A stretch of 64,000 nucleotides of DNA from Auanema rhodensis (lineage: Eukaryota; Animalia; Nematoda). The notes under the pieces are model-generated. The model had not been told where the DNA came from. It was given only the letters and a program-made list of their open reading frames with translations, and did not search any database. The DNA lies in NCBI GenBank assembly GCA_964057225.1, contig OZ059899.1, forward strand, positions 10,416,001 through 10,480,000. The letters run 5' to 3'. The stretch's first letter is position 1. Each line of letters begins with the position of its first letter. Both the position numbers and the translations under genes were made by a program. Shown here piece after piece: positions 9,992 through 22,079 of the stretch.

Positions 9992-12900
9992 TAAATTTTT
10001 TTCATTTCACTTTTCATTTACAAAAATCAAATTTATCTTCTTCAACGATTATTTTTGCAATGTGTCATAAAAATTTCACAGTTGAACAAAACGTTTTTTA
10101 AGAATTTTTTTTGTTGTCAACATATATATTTTCCTGGAATTCGAAAGCATTTGGGATGGAAATTAGAAAGAAAAGAACTAGTTTTTCCTATTTTAAAACA
10201 AACAAAAAAAAATAAAATGAAAAAGATTGTTAGATATCCAATTTAAACTTATACATTTACTTCGATAAAGAGCCTATTAGTTTGAAATTTTATGTCTTAC
10301 AGTTCTCCAACAGAACAGACTGATCCTGATTTCTCTATGATTATATAAAACTCTCGTTTGATATAAAAAAAGAAGAGGAATAACGTTTCCAGGATGTCAA
10401 TGATATCGAATCTAGTGATATTGTAGAAAAATGTAATGTCAGCTCCATAGGTTTTCTCTTAATTTCTCTCAACACAATTGTCTTAGTTTTTTTCTCATAA
10501 GAGTTTCTGAAATCTTAGGTGAACAAGGCCGTATATATTTTTTTCTGGAATTCGAAAGCATTTGGGATGGAAATTAGAAAGAAAAGAACTAGTTTTTCCT
10601 ACTTTAAAACAAACAATAAGAAATAAAATAAAAAAGATTGTTAGATATCTAATTTAAACTTATACATTTACTTCGATAAAGAGCCTATTAGTTTGAAATT
10701 TTATGTCTTACAGTTCTCCAACAGAACAGACTGATCCTGATTTCTCTATGATTACATAAAACTCTCGTTTGATATAAAAAAAGAAGAGGAATAACGTTTC
10801 CAGGATGTCAATGATATCGAATCTAGTGATATTGTAGAAAAATGTAATGTCAGCTCCATAGGTTTTCTCTTAATTTCTCTCATCACAATTGTCTTAGTTT
10901 TTTTTCTCATTAGAGTTTCTGAAATCTTAGGTGAACAAGGCCGTATATATTTTTTTCTGGAATTCGAAAGCATTTGGGATGAACATTAGAAGGAAAAGAA
11001 CTAGTTTTTCCCATTTTAAAACAAACAATAAGAAATAAAATAAAAAAGATTGTTAGATATCTAATTTAAACTTATACATTTACTTCGATAAAGAGCCTAT
11101 TAGTTTGAAATTTTATGTCTTACAGTTCTCCAACAGAACAGACTGATCCTGATTTCTCTATGATTACATAAAACTCTCGTTTGATATAAAAAAAGAAGAG
11201 GAATAACGTTTCCAGGATGTCAATGATATCGAATCTAGTGATATTGTAGAAAAATGTAATGTCAGCTCCATAGGTTTTCTCTTAATTTCTCTCAACACAA
11301 TTGTCTTAGTTTTTTTCTCATAAGAGTTTCTGAAATCTTAGGTGAACAAGGCCGTATATATTTTTTTCTGGAATTCGAAAGCATTTGGGATGGAAATTAG
11401 AAAGAAAAGAACTAGTTTTTCCTACTTTAAAACAAACAATAAGAAATAAAATAAAAAAGATTGTTAGATATCTAATTTAAACTTATACATTTACTTCGAT
11501 AAAGAGCCTATTAGTTTGAAATTTTATGTCTTACAGTTCTCCAACAGAACAGACTGATCCTGATTTCTCTATGATTACATAAAACTCTCGTTTGATATAA
11601 AAAAAGAAGAGGAATAACGTTTCCAGGATGTCAATGATATCGAATCTAGTGATATTGTAGAAAAATGTAATGTCAGCTCCATAGGTTTTCTCTTAATTTC
11701 TCTCATCACAATTGTCTTAGTTTTTTTTCTCATAAGAGTTTCTGAAATCTTAGGTGAACAAGGCCGTATATATTTTTTTCTGGAATTCGAAAACATTTGG
11801 GATGGAAATTAGAAAGAAAAGAACTAGTTTTTCCTACTTTAAAACAAACAATAAGAAATAAAATAAAAAAGATTGTTAGATATCCAATTTAAACTTATAC
11901 ATTTACTTCGATAAAGAGCCTATTAGTTTGAAATTTTATGTCTTACAGTTCTCCAACAGAACAGACTGATCCTGATTTCTCTATGATTATATAAAACTCT
12001 CGTTTGATATAAAAAAAGAAGAGGAATAACGTTTCCAGGATGTCAATGATATCGAATCTAGTGATATTGTAGAAAAATGTAATGTCAGCTCCATAGGTTT
12101 TCTCTTAATTTCTCTCAACACAATTGTCTTAGTTTTTTTCTCATAAGAGTTTCTGAAATCTTAGGTGAACAAGGCCGTATATATTTTTTTCTGGAATTCG
12201 AAAGCATTTGGGATGGAAATTAGAAAGAAAAGAACTAGTTTTTCCTACTTTAAAACAAACAATAAGAAATAAAATAAAAAAGATTGTTAGATATCTAATT
12301 TAAACTTATACATTTACTTCGATAAAGAGCCTATTAGTTTGAAATTTTATGTCTTAAAGTTCTCCAACAGAACAGACTGATCCTGATTTCTCTATGATTA
12401 CATAAAACTCTCGTTTGATATAAAAAAAGAAGAGGAATAACGTTTCCAGGATGTCAATGATATCGAATCTAGTGATATTGTAGAAAAATGTAATGTCAGC
12501 TCCATAGGTTTTCTCTTAATTTCTCTCATCACAATTGTCTTAGTTTTTTTTCTCATAAGAGTTTCTGAAATCTTAGGTGAACAAGGCCGTATATATTTTT
12601 TTCTGGAATTCGAAAACATTTGGGATGGAAATTAGAAAGAAAAGAACTAGTTTTTCCTACTTTAAAACAAACAATAAGAAATAAAATAAAAAAGATTGTT
12701 AGATATCCAATTTAAACTTATACATTTACTTCGATAAAGAGCCTATTAGTTTGAAATTTTATGTCTTACAGTTCTCCAACAGAACAGACTGATCCTGATT
12801 TCTCTATGATTACATAAAACTCTCGTTTGATATACAAAAACGAGAGGAATAACGTTTCCAGGATATCAATGATATCGAATCTAGTGATATTGTAGAAAAA

Positions 12901-13524
12901 TGTAATGTCAGCTTCATAGTTTTTCTCTTAATTTCTCTCATCACAATAGTCTTATTTTTTTTTCATAAGAGTTTCTGAAATCTTAGTTGAACAAGGCCGT
13001 ATATATTTTTTTCTGGAATTCGAAAGCATTTGGGATGGATATTAGAAGGAAAAGAACTAGTTTTTCCTACTTTAAAACAAACAATAAGAAATAAAATAAA
13101 AAAAATTGTTAGATATCCAATTTAAACTTATACATTTACTTCGATAAAGAGCCTATTAGTTTGAAATTTTATGTCTTACAGTTCTCCAACAGAACAGACT
13201 GATCCTGATTTCTCTATGATTACATACAATTCTCGTTTGATATAAAAAAAGAAGAGGAATAACGTTTCCAGGATGTCAATGATATCGAATCTAGTGATAT
13301 TGTAAAAAAATGTAATGTCAGCTCCATAGGTTTTCTCTTAATTTCTCTCATCACAATTGTCTTAGTTTTTTTTCTCATAAGAGTTTCTGAAATCTTAGGT
13401 GAACAAGGCCGTATATATTTTTTTCTGGAATTCGAAAGCATTTGGGATGGACATTAGAAAGAAAAGAACTAGTTTTTCCTACTTTAAAACGAACAATAAG
13501 AAATAAAATAAAAAAGATTGTTAG

Positions 13525-16500
13525 ATATCCAATTTAAACTTATACATTTACTTCGATAAAGAGCCTATTAGTTTGAAATTTTATGTCTTACAGTTCTCCA
13601 ACAGAACAGACTGATCCTGATTTCTCTATGATTATATAAAACTCTCGTTTGATATAAAAAAAGAAGAGGAATAACGTTTCCAGGATGTCAATGATATCGA
13701 ATCTAGTGATATTGTAGAAAAATGTAATGTCAGCTTCATAGGTTTTCTCTTAATTTCTCTCATCACAATTGTCTTAGTTTTTTTTCTCATAAGAGTTTCT
13801 GAAATCTTAGGTGAACAAGGCCGTATATATTTTTTTCTGGAATTCGAAAGCATTTGGGATGGAAATTAGAAAGAAAAGAACTAGTTTTTCCTACTTTAAA
13901 ACGAACAATAAGAAATAAAATAAAAAAGATTGTTAGATATCCAATTTAAACTTATACATTTACTTCGATAAAGAGCCTATTAGTTTGAAATTTTATGTCT
14001 TACAGTTCTCCAACAGAACAGACTGATCCTGATTTCTCTATGATTACATAAAACTCTCGTTTGATATACAAAAAGGAGAGGAATAACGTTTCCAGGATAT
14101 CAATGATATCGAATCTAGTGATATTGTAGAAAAATGTAATGTCAGCTCCATAGTTTTTCTCTAAATTTCTCTCATCACAATAGTCTTATTTTTTTTTCAT
14201 AAGAGTTTCTGAAATCTTAGTTGAACAAGGCCGTATATATTTTTTTCTGGAATTCGAAAGCATTTGGGATGGATATTAGAAGGAAAAGAACTAGTTTTTC
14301 CTACTTTAAAACAAACAATAAGAAATAAAATAAAAAAGATTGTTAGATATCCAATTTAAACTTATACATTTACTTCGATAAAGAGCCTATTAGTTTGAAA
14401 TTTTATGTCTTACAGTTCTCCAACAGAACAGACTGATCCTGATTTCTCTATGATTACATAAAACTCTCGTTTGATATACAAAAAGGAGAGGAATAACGTT
14501 TCCAGGATATCAATGATATCGAATCTAGTGATATTGTAGAAAAATGTAATGTCAGCTCCATAGTTTTTCTCTAAATTTCTCTCATCACAATAGTCTTATT
14601 TTTTTTTCATAAGAGTTTCTGAAATCTTAGTTGAACAAGGCCGTATATATTTTTTTCTGGAATTCGAAAGCATTTGGAATGGATATTAGAAGGAAAAGAA
14701 CTAGTTTTTCCTACTTTAAAACAAACAATAAGAAATAAAATAAAAAAGATTGTTAGATATCCAATTTAAACTTATACATTTACTTCGATAAAGAGCCTAT
14801 TAGTTTGAAATTTTATGTCTTACAGTTCTCCAACAGAACAGACTGATCCTGATTTCTCTATGATTACATACAATTCTCGTTTGATATAAAAAAAGAAGAG
14901 GAATAACGTTTCCAGGATGTCAATGATATCGAATCTAGTGATATTGTAAAAAAATGTAATGTCAGCTCCATAGGTTTTCTCTTAATTTCTCTCATCACAA
15001 TTGTCTTAGTTTTTTTTCTCATAAGAGTTTCTGAAATCTTAGGTGAACAAGGCCGTATATATTTTTTTCTGGAATTCGAAAGCATTTGGGATGGACATTA
15101 GAAAGAAAAGAACTAGTTTTTCCTACTTTAAAACGAACAATAAGAAATAAAATAAAAAAGATTGTTAGATATCCAATTTAAACTTATACATTTACTTCGA
15201 TAAAGAGCCTATTAGTTTGAAATTTTATGTCTTACAGTTCTCCAACAGAACAGACTGATCCTGATTTCTCTATGATTATATAAAACTCTCGTTTGATATA
15301 AAAAAAGAAGAGGAATAACGTTTCCAGGATGTCAATGATATCGAATCTAGTGATATTGTAGAAAAATGTAATGTCAGCTCCATAGGTTTTCTCTTAATTT
15401 CTCTCATCACAATTGTCTTAGTTTTTTTTCTCATAAGAGTTTCTGAAATCTTAGGTGAACAAGGCCGTATATATTTTTTTCTGGAATTCGAAAGCATTTG
15501 GGATGGAAATTAGAAAGAAAAGAACCAGTTTTTCCTACTTTAAAACAAACAATAAGAAATAAAATAAAAAAGATTGTTAGATATCCAATTTAAACTTATA
15601 CATTTACTTCGATAAAGAGCCTATTAGTTTGAAATTTTATGTCTTACAGTTCTCCAACAGAACAGACTGATCCTGATTTCTCTATGATTACATAAAACTC
15701 TCGTTTGATATACAAAAAGGAGAGGAATAACGTTTCCAGGATATCAATGATATCGAATCTAGTGATATTGTAGAAAAATGTAATGTCAGCTCCATAGTTT
15801 TTCTCTAAATTTCTCTCATCACAATAGTCTTATTTTTTTTTCATAAGAGTTTCTGAAATCTTAGTTGAACAAGGCCGCGTGGCGCAATGGATAACGCGTC
15901 TGCCTACGGAGCAGAAGATTGTAGGTTCGAATCCTGCCGTGGTCGTAAATTTTTTTCATTTGACTTGTCATTTACAAAAATCAAATTTATCTTCTTCAAC
16001 GATTATTTTTGCAATGTGTCATGAAAATTTCACAGTTGAACAAAACGTTTTTTAAGAATTTTTTTTGTTGTCAACATATATATTTTCCTGGAATTCGAAA
16101 GCATTTGGGATGGAAATTAGAAAGAAAAGAACTAGTTTTTCCTATTTTAAAACAAACAAAAAAAAATAAAATGAAAAAGATTGTTAGATATCCAATTTAA
16201 ACTTATACATTTACTTCGATAAAGAGCCTATTAGTTTGAAATTTTATGTCTTACAGTTCTCCAACAGAACAGACTGATCCTGATTTCTCTATGATTACAT
16301 AAAACTCTCGTTTGATGTGAAAAAAGAAGAGGAATAACGTTTCCAGGATGTCAATGATATCGAATCTAGTGATATTGTAAAAAAATGTAATGTCAGCTCC
16401 ATAGGTTTTCTCTTAATTTCTCTCATCACAATTGTCTTAGTTTTTTTTCTCATAAGAGTTTCTGAAATCTTAGGTGAACAAGGCCGTATATATTTTTTTC

Positions 16501-17115
16501 TGGAATTCGAAAGCATTTGGGATGGAAATTAGAAAGAAAAGAACCAGTTTTTCCTACTTTAAAACAAACAATAAGAAATAAAATAAAAAAGATTGTTAGA
16601 TATCCAATTTAAACTTATACATTTACTTCGATAAAGAGCCTATTAGTTTGAAATTTTATGTCTTACAGTTCTCCAACAGAACAGACTGATCCTGATTTCT
16701 CTATGATTATATAAAACTCTCGTTTGATATAAAAAAAGAAGAGTAATAACGTTTCCAGGATGTCAATGATATCGAATCTAGTGATATTGTAGAAAAATGT
16801 AATGTCAGCTCCATAGGTTTTCTCTTAATTTCTCTCATCACAATTGTCTTAGTTTTTTTTCTCATAAGAGTTTCTGAAATCTTAGGTGAACATGGCCGTA
16901 TATATTTTTTTCTGGAATTCGAAAGCATTTGGGATGGAAATTAGAAAGAAAAAAACTAGTTTTTCCTACTTTAAAACAAACAATAAGAAATAAAATAAAA
17001 AAGATTGTTAGATATCCAATTTAAACTTATACATTTACTTCGATAAAGAGCCTATTAGTTTGAAATTTTATGTCTTACAGTTCTCCAACAGAACAGACTG
17101 ATCCTGATTTCTCTA
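13525..17115 (+). repeat. Higher-order duplicate of 1 to about 3590 (offset 13,524 bp)
   Basis: Same order of private variants (AGCTTCATAGG, TGGAATGGAT, CATTTGACTTG, GTCATGAAAA, GATGTGAAAA, GAGTAATAAC, GAACATGGCC). ORF-track pairs 108/13632, 1340/14864, 2485/16009 and 3183/16707 all differ by 13,524. Confidence 0.9.
15873..15945 (+). tRNA. tRNA-Arg(ACG), copy 7
   Basis: Identical to copy 1; shares copy 1's private trailer SNPs. Confidence 0.96.
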
Positions 17116-18127
17116 TGATTACATACAATTCTCGTTTGATATAAAAAAAGAAGAGGAATAACGTTTCCAGGATGTCAATGATATCGAATCTAGTGATATT
17201 GTAAAAAAATGTAATGTCAGCTCCATAGGTTTTCTCTTAATTTCTCTCATCACAATTGTCTTAGTTTTTTTTCTCATAAGAGTTTCTGAAATCTTAGGTG
17301 AACAAGGCCGTATATATTTTTTTCTGGAATTCGAAAGCATTTGGGATGGACATTAGAAAGAAAAGAACTAGTTTTTCCTACTTTAAAACGAACAATAAGA
17401 AATAAAATAAAAAAGATTGTTAGATATCCAATTTAAACTTATACATTTACTTCGATAAAGAGCCTATTAGTTTGAAATTTTATGTCTTACAGTTCTCCAA
17501 CAGAACAGACTGATCCTGATTTCTCTATGATTATATAAAACTCTCGTTTGATATAAAAAAAGAAGAGGAATAACGTTTCCAGGATGTCAATGATATCGAA
17601 TCTAGTGATATTGTAGAAAAATGTAATGTCAGCTCCATAGGTTTTCTCTTAATTTCTCTCATCACAATTGTCTTAGTTTTTTTTCTCATAAGAGTTTCTG
17701 AAATCTTAGGTGAACAAGGCCGTATATATTTTTTTCTGGAATTCGAAAGCATTTGGGATGGGAATTAGAAAGAAAAGAACTAGTTTTTCCTACTTTAAAA
17801 CAAACAATAAGAAATAAAATAAAAAAGATTGTTAGATATCCAATTTAAACTTATACATTTACTTCGATAAAGAGCCTATTAGTTTGAAATTTTATGTCTT
17901 ACAGTTCTCCAACAGAACAGACTGATCCTGATTTCTCTATGATTACATAAAACTCTCGTTTGATATAAAAAAAGAAGAGGAATAACGTTTCCAGGATGTC
18001 AATGATATCGAATCTAGTGATATTGTAGAAAAATGTAATGTCAGCTCCATAGGTTTTCTCTTAATTTCTCTCATCACAATAGTCTTAGTTTTTTTTCATA
18101 AGAGTTTCTGAAATCTTAGTTGAACAA

Positions 18128-18200
18128 GGCCGCGTGGCGCAATGGATAACGCGTCTGCCTACGGAGCAGAAGATTGTAGGTTCGAATCCTGCCGTGGTCG
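18128..18200 (+). tRNA. tRNA-Arg(ACG), copy 8
   Basis: Identical to copy 1. Confidence 0.96.
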
Positions 18201-19970
18201 TAAATTTTTTTCATTTCACTTGTCATTTACAAAAATCAAATTTATCTTCTTCAACGATTATTTTTGCAATGTGTCATAAAAATTTCACAGTTGAACAAAA
18301 CGTTTTTTAAGAATTTTTTTTGTTGTCAACATATATATTTTCCTGGAATTCGAAAGCATTTGGGATGGAAATTAAAAAGAAAAGAACTAGTTTTTCCTAT
18401 TTTAAAACAAACAAAAAAAAAATAAAATGAAAAAGATTGTTAGATATCCAATTTAAACTTATACATTTACTTCGATAAAGAGCCTATTAGTTTGAAATTT
18501 TATGTCTTACAGTTCTCCAACAGAACAGACTGATCCTGATTTCTCTATGATTACATAAAACTCTCGTTTGATATAAAAAAAGAAGAGGAATAACGTTTCC
18601 AGGATGTCAATGATATCGAATCTAGTGATATTGTAAAAAAATGTAATGTCAGCTCCATAGGTTTTCTCTTAATTTCTCTCATCACAATTGTCTTAGTTTT
18701 TTTTCTCATAAGAGTTTCTGAAATCTTAGGTGAACAAGGCCGTATATATTTTTTTCTGGAATTCGAAAGCATTTGGGATGGAAATTAGAAAGAAAAGAAC
18801 TAGTTTTTCCTACTTCAAAACAAACAATAAGAAATAAAATAAAAAAGATTGTTAGATATCCAATTTAAACTTATACATTTACTTCGATAAAGAGCCTATT
18901 AGTTTGAAATTTTATGTCTTACAGTTCTCCAACAGAACAGACTGATCCTGATTTCTCTATGATTACATAAAACTCTCGTTTGATATAAAAAAAGAAGAGG
19001 AATAACGTTTCCAGGATGTCAATGATATCGAATCTAGTGATATTGTAGAAAAATGTAATATCAGTTCCATAGGTTTTCTCTTAATTTCTCTCATCACAAT
19101 TGTCTTAGTTTTTTTCTCATAAGAGTTTCTGAAATCTTAGGTGAACAAGGCCGTATATATTTTTTTCTGGAATTCGAAAGCATTTGGGATGGAAATTAGA
19201 AGGAAAAGAACTAGTTTTTCCTACTTTAAAACAAACAATAAGAAATAAAATAAAAAAGATTGTTAGATATCCAATTTAAACTTATACATTTACTTTGATA
19301 AAGAGCCTATTAGTTTGAAATTTTATGTCTTACAGTTCTCCAACAGAACAGACTGATCCTGATTTCTCTATGATTACATAAAACTCTCGTTTGATATAAA
19401 AAAAGAAGAGGAATAACGTTTCCAGGATGTCAATGATATCGAATCTAGTGATATTGTAGAAAAATGTAATGTCAGCTCCATAGGTTTTCCCTTAATTTCT
19501 CTCATCACAATTGTCTTAGTTTTTTTTCTCATTAGAGTTTCTGAAATCTTAGGTGAACAAGGCCGTATATATTTTTTTCTGGAATTCGAAAGCATTTGAG
19601 ATGGACATTAGAAGGAAAAGAACTAGTTTTTCCTACTTTAAAACAAACAATAAGGAATAAAATAAAAAAGATTGTTAGATATCCAATTTAAACTTATACA
19701 TTTACTTCGATAAAGAGCCTATTAGTTTGAAATTTTATGTCTTACAGTTCTCCAACAGAACAGACTGATCCTGATTTCTCTATGATTACATAAAACTCTC
19801 GTTTGATATACCAAAAGGAGAGGAATAACGTATCCAGGATATCAATGATATCGAATCTAGTGATATTGTAGAAAAATGTAATGTCAGCTCCATAGTTTTT
19901 CTCTAAATTTCTCTCATCACAATTGTCTTATTTTTTTTTCATAAGAGTTTCTGAAATCTTAGTTGAACAA

Positions 19971-20043
19971 GGCCGCGTGGCGCAATGGATAACGCGTCTG
20001 CCTACGGAGCAGAAGATTGTAGGTTCGAATCCTGCCGTGGTCG
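19971..20043 (+). tRNA. tRNA-Arg(ACG), copy 9
   Basis: Identical to copy 1. Confidence 0.96.
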
Positions 20044-20988
20044 TAAATTTTTTTCATTTCACTTGTCATTTACAAAAATCAAATTTATCTTCTTCAACGA
20101 TTATTTTTGCAATGTGTCATAAAAATTTCACAGTTGAACAAAACGTTTTTTAAGAATTTTTTTTGTTGTCAACATATATATTTTCCTGGAATTCGAAAGC
20201 ATTTGGGATGGAAATTAGAAAGAAAAGAACTAGTTTTTCCTATTTTAAAACAAACAAAAAAAAATAAAATGAAAAAGATTGTTAGATATCCAATTTAAAC
20301 TTATACATTTACTTCGATAAAGAGCCTATTAGTTTGAAATTTTATGTCTTACAGTTCTCCAACAGAACAGACTGATCCTGATTTCTCTATGATTATATAA
20401 AACTCTCGTTTGATATAAAAAAAGAAGAGGAATAACGTTTCCAGGATGTCAATGATATCCAATCTAGTGATATTGTAGAAAAATGTAATGTCAGCTCCAT
20501 AGGTTTTCTCTTAATTTCTCTCATCACAATTGTCTTAGTTTTTTTCTCATAAGAGTTTCTGAAATCTTAGGTGAACAAGGCCGTATATATTTTTTTCTGG
20601 AATTCGAAAGCATTTGGGATGGAAATTAGAAAGAAAAAAACTAGTTTTTCCTACTTTAAAACAAACAATAAGGAATAAAATAAAAAAGATTGTTAGATAT
20701 CCAATTTAAACGTATACATTTACTTCGATAAAGAGCATATTAGTTTGAAATTTTATGTCTTACAGTTCTCCAACAGAACAGACTGATCCTGATTTCTCTA
20801 TGATTACATAAAACTCTCGTTTGATATACAAAAAGGAGAGGAATAACGTTTCCAGGATATCAATGATATCGAATCTAGTGATATTGTAGAAAAATGTAAT
20901 GTCAGCTCCATAGTTTTTCTCTAAATTTTTCTCATCACAATAGTCTTATTTTTTTTTCATAAGAGTTTCTGAAATCTTAGTTGAACAA

Positions 20989-21061
20989 GGCCGCGTGGCG
21001 CAATGGATAACGCGTCTGCCTACGGAGCAGAAGATTGTAGGTTCGAATCCTGCCGTGGTCG
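20989..21061 (+). tRNA. tRNA-Arg(ACG), copy 10
   Basis: Identical to copy 1. Confidence 0.96.
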
Positions 21062-22006
21062 TAAATTTTTTTCATTTCACTTGTCATTTACAAAAATCAA
21101 ATTTATCTTCTTCAACGATTATTTTTGCAATGTGTCATAAAAATTTCACAGTTGAACAAAACGTTTTTTAAGAATTTTTTTTGTTGTCAACATATATATT
21201 TTCCTGGAATTCGAAAGCATTTGGGATGGAAATTAGAAAGAAAAGAACTAGTTTTTCCTATTTTAAAACAAACAAAAAAAAATAAAATGAAAAAGATTGT
21301 TAGATATCCAATTTAAACTTATACATTTACTTCGATAAAGAGCCTATTAGTTTGAAATTTTATGTCTTACAGTTCTCCAACAGAACAGACTGATCCTGAT
21401 TTCTCTATGATTATATAAAACTCTCGTTTGATATAAAAAAAGAAGAGGAATAACGTTTCCAGGATGTCAATGATATCCAATCTAGTGATATTGTAGAAAA
21501 ATGTAATGTCAGCTCCATAGGTTTTCTCTTAATTTCTCTCATCACAATTGTCTTAGTTTTTTTCTCATAAGAGTTTCTGAAATCTTAGGTGAACAAGGCC
21601 GTATATATTTTTTTCTGGAATTCGAAAGCATTTGGGATGGAAATTAGAAAGAAAAAAACTAGTTTTTCCTACTTTAAAACAAACAATAAGGAATAAAATA
21701 AAAAAGATTGTTAGATATCCAATTTAAACGTATACATTTACTTCGATAAAGAGCATATTAGTTTGAAATTTTATGTCTTACAGTTCTCCAACAGAACAGA
21801 CTGATCCTGATTTCTCTATGATTACATAAAACTCTCGTTTGATATACAAAAAGGAGAGGAATAACGTTTCCAGGATATCAATGATATCGAATCTAGTGAT
21901 ATTGTAGAAAAATGTAATGTCAGCTCCATAGTTTTTCTCTAAATTTTTCTCATCACAATAGTCTTATTTTTTTTTCATAAGAGTTTCTGAAATCTTAGTT
22001 GAACAA

Positions 22007-22079
22007 GGCCGCGTGGCGCAATGGATAACGCGTCTGCCTACGGAGCAGAAGATTGTAGGTTCGAATCCTGCCGTGGTCG
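22007..22079 (+). tRNA. tRNA-Arg(ACG), copy 11
   Basis: Identical to copy 1. Confidence 0.96.

Noticed and set aside
19923-20153. 76-aa and 64-aa ORFs overlapping the tRNA (also at 25032, 29123, 41172, 44735)
   Set aside because: These are translations through the tRNA gene opened by single SNPs.
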